A stretch of DNA of 64,000 nt from Antedon mediterranea (Eukaryota > Animalia > Echinodermata), in contig NC_092680.1 in the NCBI RefSeq assembly GCF_964355755.1, positions 21,151,045 to 21,215,044 on the forward strand. Direction: 5' to 3'. This document shows positions 53,540 through 64,000 of the stretch, piece by piece; within the stretch, counting starts at the first letter, position 1; every line of letters starts with the position of its first letter. A program made the position numbers and the translations under genes. Below the pieces are notes generated by a model. It was not told where the DNA came from. It did no database searches and worked only from the letters and a program-made list of their open reading frames with translations.

Positions 53540-53722
53540 ATGCCAACTCAACGTCGTACAACGAGGCCCGACGAGTCGACTCGTCGGAAGAAAATTAAAC
53601 ATGTTTAATGTTCTCGCGACGACAACGACTCGTCTCGTCTCGTCGGGATTCAACTCCAACAGCACCGACGAGTCAAGACGTTTCGTCGGGCCTCGTCGTA
53701 CGCTGCTGTCTGAGTCGAGATT
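53540..53722. mobile_element. Palindromic MITE, family C long form
   Basis: GCCAACTCA...GTACAACGAGGCCCGACGA and TCGTCGGGCCTCGTCGTAC...CTGAGTCG arms, with internal ATTAAACATGTTTAAT palindrome. Confidence 0.6.
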
Positions 53723-54503
53723 TGGCGATCACGGAACAGCATAAGTGCTTAGTGCTGTCATTCCTCCACACATTAATCAAATGAAATTCCGATATATAAA
53801 TAGTAATGATATAGTATTATGTAACGTTTTGTTAACTCTAAAAGGAGTCGTGCAAATAGTTGAATCAGTACACGTAAAACAAATTACAAGCTTAAGTAGA
53901 ATTGTTTGAATGAGTTTCTTTGAAACAAACTAAATACCAAACCAAATTAACTGTACAGCTTGTAATCTCGGTCACTTACTCCTGTCACTAATGTAACAGA
54001 AGCACACATACAAATACCTACATTGTTATAGAGATACTCTGGCATAACACTATGAACAAACATATCCAACCTAATTGGATTTCTTGTCATTTAAAATTGA
54101 AGTATTCATATTTCCATAAAACCTAATATTGATATAGACCAAGATGAGGTATAAACTATTTTAATTGAACGAAACTGTTCTCTATATCATATATGAATTA
54201 AATTGCCTCAATAGTTTAACAAATGAGCAAATTCTTATACACTTTATTTGTGTATTTCTAAGTTGTGATTCTTATTTCTTTTTTTGCGTTTTCCTAGAAT
54301 GTTTTTTAGCTTTTATATTTAAATGAAATAAATAAGGGGTTCTTCTATTTACAAACAAAGTAATGTATTAAATAATAAGGTAATAATAAGGTAATAATAA
54401 GGTAATAATAAGGTAATGGATTATTTTAATTGTTTCTTTAGGAATGTTTATTATCGCCATGAAAATAATAATCTATTTTAATCGAAAATTGGTTGAAACT
54501 TTA

Positions 54504-55898
54504 TCATTTGGACAACAAGTTCGTTTCCTTAGTTTGCCGTGACGTTGTACACTCTGAGTTGTCATTGGTTGAATTTTCTGTTGAAGCTTTTGCACTTGAT
54601 AATGCAAGACTTGATTCTGAACGGAATGTTCCATTTAAAGATGTTTTTCTGAGAGTTTCCGAATCATTATTGTTTGGCCACGCTTCATTTGAAAACTTTC
54701 GCGAAAACGTCGAACTAGATGGTTGAGATCTGGATGCTGCGCGATCTGTGAACATGCGCACTTCAGAGCTTTTATCGTCTTCAGTTTGTGTGACGTCAAA
54801 TGCGGCGTTTTCTGACGGTTGTATGGTATTTGTTAATCTTCGTTTTCTTTTAAGTGAACCTCGTAAACTCCTTCTCTTTCCCTTTTTGGGACCTGAATCA
54901 ACATTTGCTTCAATCAACTTAAAAGTATCTTTATCTGTTTCAGTTTTATTATTATCGTCTCCAATTGGTAGATACGACTCGTTTGTTGTATTATGTATTA
55001 TGGGTATTCTGTTGTGTTTCTTGTTATGTGATCCACGTGCAACTCTTTTGACCTCTGACCCAACTGGGACTACCTCCTCACGAGCCGAGTTAAAATCCAG
55101 TGGAGGCAACGGTTGAGATCTTGGAGCATAATTAAAAAAATTATCTGTAAATGACGAATGGTCTTTGAAATTACTAACACTAGATCCATCATTATTGAGT
55201 TGAGTTTCGCTCAAGTTAAATATATGACTGGACCTTTTATCGGCGGTGGAAGTCCTACACTGGTTGTTATCCGCAAATCTTTCAGTTGATAATGAAGTTT
55301 TTATTTCATTTTCGACTTTTGTATCGTTGATATATTGCATAGTGTTTTGTGGAAGGTTATCTACATCGAGAGTGGTCAGTTTTCTTAATTCAGTACTATC
55401 GTTACTATCTTCATCCGTTCCCCCAAAATTGTATTCCATATAACAAGGTGAATTGTTTTGTTTTTGTTGTTTCGAGACACTATCTTTGTCTGCTGTATCT
55501 GTACTTGTTTCAAATACAACGACGAGAGCACACATTGATATAAATATTCCGCATCCGATTAAAACTGGACCGATTCGTTTAAAATCCTCAAGATGTTCTT
55601 TTAAATCTACATCCACATATACAGTACTATTACCAACCGTCTGTGACGTAGCAATATCTTCCGCGTAATATCCACACGCAGTCATAGCAATACTTCCGAA
55701 TGTAAATAATATCCCAAATGTTAAACATATTATAGAGGGCATTCTGAGCCCCCGTAGATCTTCTTTGATCTGTTGTTGACGTAGCCGTTTGCGCTGCTGC
55801 GCAGTATGACGATATCGAACCACGTGTTGGCGCGTACAACGTTCGTCTCTTCTGATTGGCTCTGTCTGCTCATTTATTGGCATAATATGTTCATCCAT
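54504..55898 (-). CDS. TMEM200: TMEM200/DUF2371-family two-pass membrane protein, single coding exon, ~464 aa
   Basis: First in-frame ATG at 55898 (in-frame TGA TGA upstream; acceptor tttcag with exon start at 55931). Basic stretch, TM1 (IICLTFGILFTFGSIAMTACGYY), short loop, TM2 (KRIGPVLIGCGIFISMCALVVVFE) resembling TMEM200 LGPxxMGIGIFIFICANA, then a long Ser-rich low-complexity tail. Confidence 0.72.
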   Translation of the reverse strand: MDEHIMPINEQTEPIRRDERCTRQHVVRYRHTAQQRKRLRQQQIKEDLRGLRMPSIICLTFGILFTFGSIAMTACGYYAEDIATSQTVGNSTVYVDVDLKEHLEDFKRIGPVLIGCGIFISMCALVVVFETSTDTADKDSVSKQQKQNNSPCYMEYNFGGTDEDSNDSTELRKLTTLDVDNLPQNTMQYINDTKVENEIKTSLSTERFADNNQCRTSTADKRSSHIFNLSETQLNNDGSSVSNFKDHSSFTDNFFNYAPRSQPLPPLDFNSAREEVVPVGSEVKRVARGSHNKKHNRIPIIHNTTNESYLPIGDDNNKTETDKDTFKLIEANVDSGPKKGKRRSLRGSLKRKRRLTNTIQPSENAAFDVTQTEDDKSSEVRMFTDRAASRSQPSSSTFSRKFSNEAWPNNNDSETLRKTSLNGTFRSESSLALSSAKASTENSTNDNSECTTSRQTKETNLLSK

Positions 55899-58267
55899 TA
55901 TTGTCAACACTCATCATCTCCCACCAGATTTCTGAAATATAAATACAGTGTAGAAATTAAGTTTGAAATACAAGACTATCAACAGATAGTTTTGAATGTT
56001 GGGATGCGACTAAAACACGGAAGGTATATAATAAATGGGAATTGCATACGGTATGGCGCATCTCATCATTACATTAAGATTGTTTTGTTGCTTTTAAATT
56101 AAACTTCATGAAACGAACTGTATGTTACCGTCTCATAAAGTGTGTGGTTCCCTCACTGGCGCAAGTAATTCGACCAATCACCACGCGATGGATTATCCGA
56201 AGTTGTGATTTGTCCAATCAAGCAATCTAACAACAGAATGCTGAGCTGCTCCGGAGATCAAAGGGTCACACTGTGGCTGCAAAACGATCAATTCTACGAC
56301 GCGCATTACAGACACCGCGCGTCCGCAGATGTGTACATAGTTAGTAGGCCTACAGTACTGTTGGTAGACAGCCAGTCAGACATGAGATCAAAGGACTGTT
56401 ACGTCGGGACGGGAACCAAGCTTTACATTCGTTTAAGATCCAGAGACAATATATAAAACAATAAAATGACGTGAATCAGAATAATTATTAGTCGACACAG
56501 TTCATGATAGATCGGTGTATGCAATAAAAATCAGCAATTCCAATCATTTCATACACTTAGTGCAAATATAAACGGTTGACTAATGCCTATTTACATCCTA
56601 TGAATTTAAAAATGAGAAAATCGCTTCTTCATTACCAGAAAATCCTATCTCAACTATATCTATAAAAAAAAGATGTATATACTAAAACACATTTCACGAA
56701 TTTAAAACGCGATGAACAGGTAGAATGGTATAGAGTGAAGATATCCAAGAGATGAAAATGAATTATAGTCGTAGCTTGCCTGACATGTGTCTATCAATCA
56801 TAATCTAAATCTTACGCACAGGTCATTGTAAACATGATTGTTCACGATTTAATGTCCCGAACGGCGACCCGTACACATATTCCCCGTACACAATCGCCCC
56901 GTACACATTCGCCCCGTACGAATGTTTTAATTCCTTACCACATGATGGATTTCCCATTGCGAGATTTGTATTCGTTCCGTTCCGATTGGTAAGATGCTAA
57001 TATGAATTAAATCACGATCATAATTAGGATGATTAAAGATGCAATTACGTTGCTATTAAATTCATACAATGAATAAATTACATAATATTGTCAGATGTGT
57101 TAGAACGAACTTTTTGCCTACACATTACGCGCACAAGAAGAGTGTACGTGTCAGATATTTAAGTAAAAGTACGTAAAGCTTGGTTTTAACAGTCTCAGGT
57201 TCTGACTTAACGCATCGCAATAACGAAAGCGTACCAGAAGTAATTTAACCAATCAAAGGGCGAGAAATCACCAATCTGTTGCTTGTGATTGGTCAACAGA
57301 CATGCTTCTGTTTTTTCATTTGCGACGATGCTCTTCAGTTTGACAGACATGTTGTTGCTTACGATGATGCTTATAGGTATGTTTAATGGACATCCTTCTC
57401 ATTCTAAAGGATATTTGTAGTCATGGTAACATGATTTATGTTATCCTCCGTTTAGAAACCATGTCAGCTGTTACTTTAAGGGCGCGTTTAATGTTATACT
57501 TAAAACATTGTGATATAATAAATGTTCAATAGCTCAATCATCAAGGGATCTGGTTGCTTCTGTAGTGTTTCATATTCATGAATCATAATTCAGTTAAACG
57601 TAATTCCGAGGTTGATTCAAGTCTGGGTTCCAGACGGATTTTTGACTTAATATTAGCAAATAAATATTTTGACACATATGGCGTTTTATACGTATACTAC
57701 TATATATTAATGTTTGAATGATTTCGTTAACTGGTTAAAGAAACACATTTAAATTAATGTTCTCTATAGTTTTCATAATGACGAGCATGACGTCATCATG
57801 TTGTGTGGTCAAGTAATATCTTATAATGCCTTATAATGATCTGTTATTTCTGATAAAGGAAAGAAAACAGTGCGTTTTGGATCGATAATCACAGCAGCCA
57901 ATTAACGTACGTTATGTTATACTAAAGAAGAAAAATGTTTCAATGATTTAAGATGAATATTGGAAACAAGTAATTAAGAGAGAAACGAAAGCATCCCGAT
58001 GGACTAGTAATGCTGCAATTAGTGTATCCGTAAACTAAACTCTCAAAATAAACATTGGTAACATTGTAAATAAACAATGTATTATTATCTGAAATGAATG
58101 AATAAGTGAATTAATAAAGAAAGTAAGAATAGAGTAAACAGCTGACAATAGTCTATCTATACGTACTTCATATTGCGTAATTCATTCGTTACGTCATATA
58201 AATATGCATATTCATGAGCGCCATCTTAAGGAAACGAAGCTTGTATTAACGTGGTAATAAACAAGAC

Positions 58268-58508
58268 GGCCGGTTAGCTCAGGCGACTTAGCGTCGTGTT
58301 AACAACACGACTGTCGTGGGTTCAAACCCCACGCTGGTGGAATAGAGTTAAAGGTATGCGACCAACTGTGTTTGGGGTTCACAGAATTATACGTCCTCCT
58401 TTCCACCACACATCATGAGGCAATAACATCAATGCATCTGGGGACCCCAAAAGGCTGTGGCAGGGCCTTAGTGCTGAGGCAGGGAGAGCAAATTTAACAT
58501 CTTTTTTT
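58268..58508 (+). ncRNA. tRNA-Ile-like-headed Pol III unit or SINE-like element, copy 2
   Basis: Head 58268-58339 GGCCGGTTAGCTCAGGCGACTTAGCGTCGTGTTAACAACACGACTGTCGTGGGTTCAAACCCCACGCTGGTG. Same body (GAATAGAGTTAAAGGTATGCGACCAACTGTG...GGCAGGGAGAGCA) and a T-run. Confidence 0.6.
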
Positions 58509-61500
58509 CCCTTTTTTTGTTGTTGCCACCTCTATTCGATCTCGTAAATGTTATGTTTAGCGCCCTCAATTTTTAGAAACACTGAGTACGCTGAATGACC
58601 AGCACTAGTTGCATGTTTCATCGACAAACTCGAACTATATTAACAGAAAAAGTAGGTTTAACTTATAAACCCGCCGTTACTGCTTTACATCTAAGCGTAT
58701 AGATATTAATTCAAATACATAATGAATGAGGAAAACTTCATACACGATAATTATGTAGGTCGGTATTTAAAATAAATTATAAGTCACAATGTCAGAAATG
58801 CTAATTTTCTCGTATTTTAAATTTTAATAATACATTAATATCGATTTTTTTTATATAATAAACAAGTGATAAACATCTTTGTATCTGTGGTACTCAGGCT
58901 GGTCTTCTTCTAAAGACACTAAACAACCTCATTTGCAAGAAAGGTCAAAGGTCATGTGTATGTAAAACATCATTCTCGTTCACATATGATTTGATAACAT
59001 TATTTTTAACATAATCATTATTCATGTTTCATACGGATTATTTTTGTTAATGAATATGTACATTAATATATGATATGATCCTGATGTCTTATATGCACCT
59101 TGTTCAGACTCTAACGACGTAAGCGCAACATATGTGATTTGACCAATGAAAAGAGATGGATTATTCGCTTGTGATTGGTCAACTCACTTGCGTAACTTCT
59201 ACGTTCTTCATAGCATGCTGTTCTTAGCTTCAAAATGCAATGTTATAGCCTATAGTTTAATGTCACATTAGTAATTACTAATTTATTTGAAACTCAAAAT
59301 AAAACGAGTTTTGTCTATTGCCTGGAGGTGATATGTATTTATGATCGTTCGTTTACAGTTTAATAACCCCTTTGATTTACCATTTAAATTCTAAGCTTAA
59401 ATTATATTTCCGTTTAGTAATGTCAGTGAATGCAAATGTATCTGTGGATGGCTCTCCGTTTTTACTGTTCACTGTTTATAATTGAATCCAATTTTATACA
59501 TTTAGATTTACGTTTCTTTTATAGAGCCGAAAATCATAAAATCAATGCAAGGTGTAAAAATCAACAAAAAACCTTGAAAAAATCAACGCAATTTGCTCGA
59601 AATATGCTTTAATATTAGGAGTTTTGAAGCTTATTTCGTTAAAAAAGATATACGCGTTGATTTTTTAGTTTTTAATGTAAAGTTTTGCGGCTCAACACTT
59701 AAAAAAATGATACTAGACACCGTGAAGAATCCGCAATTAATTATGACGATTCAAGTTTGATTTGTTCTGTCATTGTGCCAAGCAACCACAAGACTCAGGG
59801 ATTAAAAGTAGCGACGACGTTAACAACCAACAGCAAAAGCCAATCGAGGAGGTGAATTACAGTTAAATATCTGTATGTAGTAATGCTCATAATGACTAGT
59901 CAATACACAGCTTATAGCAGACTATAAATATACCTAGATGAACGAGTATACTGAAATCATTGGATATAGCAGCATAATTGTGACACTTGTACATACGATG
60001 ATATATTAGTATTACTTTACAAGTGGTTTTGATTTGGCGATGTACAGTTTGTTTGTGTATTATTATGTTTTATATTTTAATTCAACGTGCATGTAGATAA
60101 TTTAAAATGAAAAATGTATTTTTCGTATAGCTTAGGTGAATAAATAAAAGGATACAGAATCTGCATTGTTATTATTACAATTACTTTTTATTCATGTGAG
60201 TCGATAATAATCTGCTTTGCTTCATGTATACTTCATGTTTCTATTATTAATATCTTAAAATGTATCGTTAAGCTTGGTTCCGGTTCACACTAGGACGAAA
60301 CGTAAGGACGTGAGCGAGTTGACCAATAACAATTAATTAGCGACAGTTCGAATAATCCATCGATTGGTTAGATTGCTTACGTACGTTGCGCTCACGTTTT
60401 GTTGCGTAACGTCATAGTGGGAACCAAGCGTTTATAAGCTGCGCGTTGCGCGTACATCCGGTACCGATCTCCGCGAGTAGTAGAGAGCCGTCTGTTTACC
60501 GCCGATAGAGAGAATTACATGGCCGCATTAGCATGACGAGGGTGCGCGAACACTATCAAATAACATGCTTAATCGCATGTTGCCTTAGCGGTCAACAATG
60601 CCTTTACCGGTCAACACATTAGGAGTGGGGGTGATTGGGGTGGGGTGGGGTGGGGGGTGGGGAGGTTTAAGTGAAGGCGTGAGTATTACCATCCAGGCCT
60701 ATAGGTCGAGTACAATGGAAATCAATTTTAAGACCAGAGTGCTATGCTACGACAGCATCATTTTATCTCGCTGAAAGATAAATATAGATGGTTGCATTTA
60801 TATTAATGAGTTGCTACAAAGGTTTTGACTTCATCGTTGATGCGGCTCAAAGCTATCAATTCTCAAACAGTAGTGTTCATGTTATTTAATCTCCAATACT
60901 TACTGTATGTATCGCGGATTAATTCATTTACGTCACACATTTTTACAATCAATTTAAAAATAGAAACACCAGAGGCTTCGCACACAAAGTTTTTGTGAAA
61001 TGAGACAATTTACGTGTTTGCTTTTGATAAAATAATGACAGGTTGAACAAACAGCAACTTAATGCTGAATTGTGTTAAAATGTCAGATAAGTTAAGAATA
61101 ATAATGTTATTCAAAATTATTTGAAACAGAAAAAATATATCGATAAATAGCTATAGTGCCGTCTTATGTTTGAAACTCGTTCCAAATTTAATATACATTT
61201 TGAATGTTATGGTTGGTTCCGACTAGGGTGTAAGTCATTTAACCAATCACGAGCGATGGATCCGAACTGTCTCTTGTGATTGGTCAACTCACTTGTGTTG
61301 CGATTACGTACGTCTTTGCGTTTCGTTTTATAGTGGGAACCAAGCTTAACGTTTAAGACGTTTCACGTACATAGCGACCCTTTTGCGCCACTAGACTACG
61401 CGCGCCGAGTAAAACAGTTATTGTGCGCAAGAGTATGCGCAGATTAGGCTCATGATGATGCATAATGGCTTGGTGTGTGCGTCGAGAAAAGGAAAGGTCG

Positions 61501-62212
61501 ATATAAGACTATGACTTTAAGACGAACATTTCAGTTCGTGCAACAGAAGATGAACTTTTGTAATGAATATATCAAAGATTGTAATTCAACCTGTCAAACT
61601 CACTAATCACTATCTCAGATTCCTAGGAAGTTTGAAACTTTAAAAAAGATTTTGTTTTCAGAAGACATTAAGTCAATCATGAACAATTTGGCTGATAATA
61701 ACAATATTAGAGCGCTAAACGCATTAAACACGAACGATCTTATTGTGTTACTGACTACCAAACTGAACCTGAATTGGAATTAAGTACAAAAAATTCAATT
61801 GGATGGAACTTAAATTACAAAGCACGTAATTATAAAAACAATGGTGAGATCGAATAGTACCTATTAAGACCACACATTGGTCTATAGGTAAAAACCAGAC
61901 AATTACCAATTTAAACAGTAATATGATGTGTTCTTATTTTCAATGTACATTATAGAATAGAACAAATTATTGTATTACTTTCGATTTAACAGAGACAAAA
62001 TGGTGGCATTAGAAAACGTGGTATAAAAAGGGAAGAGTGTATAATTTCACTCTTTCCTGGTATAACGGTATGGAATTTAACTAGACCTGTATGCGAGAAG
62101 CTACCGGTTCAAATCTCGCTAGACAATTTTTATAGGGAAATGAAACTTCTATTGATGGACTATGACTGTCACTGATTCAATATTTGAGTATTTTATATAA
62201 AACACAGTGAAA

Positions 62213-62413
62213 GTAATAATATTCGTTCTTATATAGCTTATTGCACAATGCTTCTAAGCGCTGAACACTATTACCCCAGTCATTTTTTAAGCATCAGACA
62301 CATGGAAACATACTTGTACTTCCATAATGCAGCTAGTATATTAAAATCAGCGCAAAGTTGTGTCTTGATCTAACCGGGTACCAATTATACACGTCTGGGT
62401 GGAGAGAGACAAA
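62213..62413 (-). mobile_element. 5'-truncated SINE (CORE/Meta-type central domain with L2-like tail)
   Basis: Reverse complement has CTCTCTCCACCCAGACGTGTATAATTGGTACCCGG and ends AGCGCTTAGAAGC...CTATATAAGAAC...TATTATT. Similar tails at about 858-912, 27595-27630 and 30645-30705. Confidence 0.5.
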
Positions 62414-63194
62414 CGTAAGTTTGTGGTACTTGTGTTCATAATCATAAATAAAGCTATATCCATTTTTAAAATATCGAAAACAAAAATAATTAAATTGATA
62501 CGTACCATGCCGCTAAGGCAACTGACTAACTCTGTCTTAACACTTTCCATATTAACACACGGTGTGTATTCCAAATATTAACATTCCATTATTCCGATTG
62601 ATATAATCATATATGAAGAATCCCTGGTCATCACAGTACAACAGAGTCGGAGTTCATCTTTACTTATCGAATTTCTTTGACTGCTGTTCCAATACGGGCA
62701 CGATCGATTCACTAACAACGACGGCTATTGACACTTTGCTGGAGGGCCAGCCATGTATTACACCGTGAGAGTCCCTATCGATCTGACGGTAAAAGAAGGA
62801 GAAAAATTACCGTAAAGGCATCAGGTTAGAACGCACGAAACAAAAGACAACCGAATGCATTGCAGTAGTACCTATGCGCTAACAGTGTCGAGTCAGTTGA
62901 TTATTTTTGCAGACAATAGTTCGGTGAACTAATTATGTACAATACATCCATTATAATTATTTTAAAGTCGGGTGCATTTTGGGAACTAATGTTCATGGCT
63001 ATCAAATGACATGATTGACGTATGACCCAGATTAACTTTTGTAATCATATTTAATAAATACATTAAACTTAATTTGCTCTATCAAAGACTGAATTATAAT
63101 AAATTGTGTATTAATATTAGTAGTAGTCTAGATATTATCAGATATATTAGCGTATGTAGGTTTGGTTCACACGCACACAAAGCAATATGCAAAT

Positions 63195-63453
63195 GATTGG
63201 TTCCCAGGATGCAATGCAAAGATGTAAAGCTTGGTTCCCATTGACGTAACGCAAGGACGTAAGCGCAACGCAAGCGAGTTGATTATTGACAACAACCTGA
63301 TGTATTGTGTCGAGATTGGTAAAATTACTTGCGCTGCGCTTACGTTGCGTCGTCCTAGTGGGAACCACGCTTTTGCGATGGATTATTTGAACTGTAGCTT
63401 GTCATTGGCCAACTCGATTGCGTTTACGTCCCTGCATGAGTGATAACCAAACT
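63195..63453. mobile_element. MITE family B nested pair (inner 63228-63371)
   Basis: TAA|AGCTTGGTTCCCA...TAGTGGGAACCACGCT sits inside a degraded family-B copy whose two halves flank it. Confidence 0.6.
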
Positions 63454-64000
63454 TAAGGACGACACAAAATATAAAGGACATTTCAAATCATCCGTCGCTT
63501 TTAATTGGTCAAGCTTACTTCGTGCGTTGCGTGTGTTAGTATTATATTAAGAGCGCAACTCTCCTCCCCTCCCCCAACAAATCAAATGTTTAGTACTATG
63601 TAGATTTAGGAGATATAATACATTGTGTCTTGGTTGTCAGTTGGTGAATTAGTCTGTCAGACCCTCAATCACCCTCAGTAGTAGTGGCTTCGTCTCAGTA
63701 GCAAGTCATTAGGCAACGCTGACCTGTCCTGGCTGTGTTTGTGAAACTAAACTCATGCAATTACGTGGGTTGCTATTCAAACAGAGTTCTGACTACATCT
63801 ATGTAATCATGTTCTGTAACATTAAAGTCCTATGACATTAACCAACATACGTTCTATGACATTAACTAAAATGTTAAACAAAATTTATAGTATTCAATTA
63901 ATTCCGCATGACATTTTGTTAAGTTACTTGGATAACGGTAACTTTGAACTACGATTAAAGAAATAATAATCATTATATAACACCTAAATACATTACTGTC

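Noticed and set aside
54493-55839. Several antisense or alternate-frame ORFs over the TMEM200-like exon
   Set aside because: Shadow ORFs of a GC-richer coding exon, with no recognisable domains.

Overview
AT-rich, intron-containing animal genomic DNA, most consistent with an invertebrate deuterostome such as an echinoderm (inference from gene structures and repeat types). Five protein-coding genes were reconstructed by hand from splice sites: the last exon of an FRK/Src42A-type tyrosine kinase (+), a complete 12-exon HDAC1/2 (-), a complete 10-exon ANKRD29 (-), a complete 19-exon EFR3 (+, head-to-head with ANKRD29, one GC-AG intron) and a single-coding-exon TMEM200-family gene (-). Non-coding DNA holds three PIF/Harbinger-like MITE families (AGC/AGG ends, TWA target duplications, with self-nesting and internal minisatellite expansion), a 2.2-kb TIR element nested in a MITE, LINE/SINE remnants and many minisatellites. 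The most unusual items are a DINE-1/Helentron-like ~700-bp element whose internal tandem unit carries tRNA-Val copies (51651-52350), and two dispersed copies of a tRNA-Ile-like-headed Pol III unit that share flanking DNA and keep the cloverleaf but differ in anticodon. No prokaryotic features or CRISPR arrays. All homology calls are from recall of family sequences; no searches were run.
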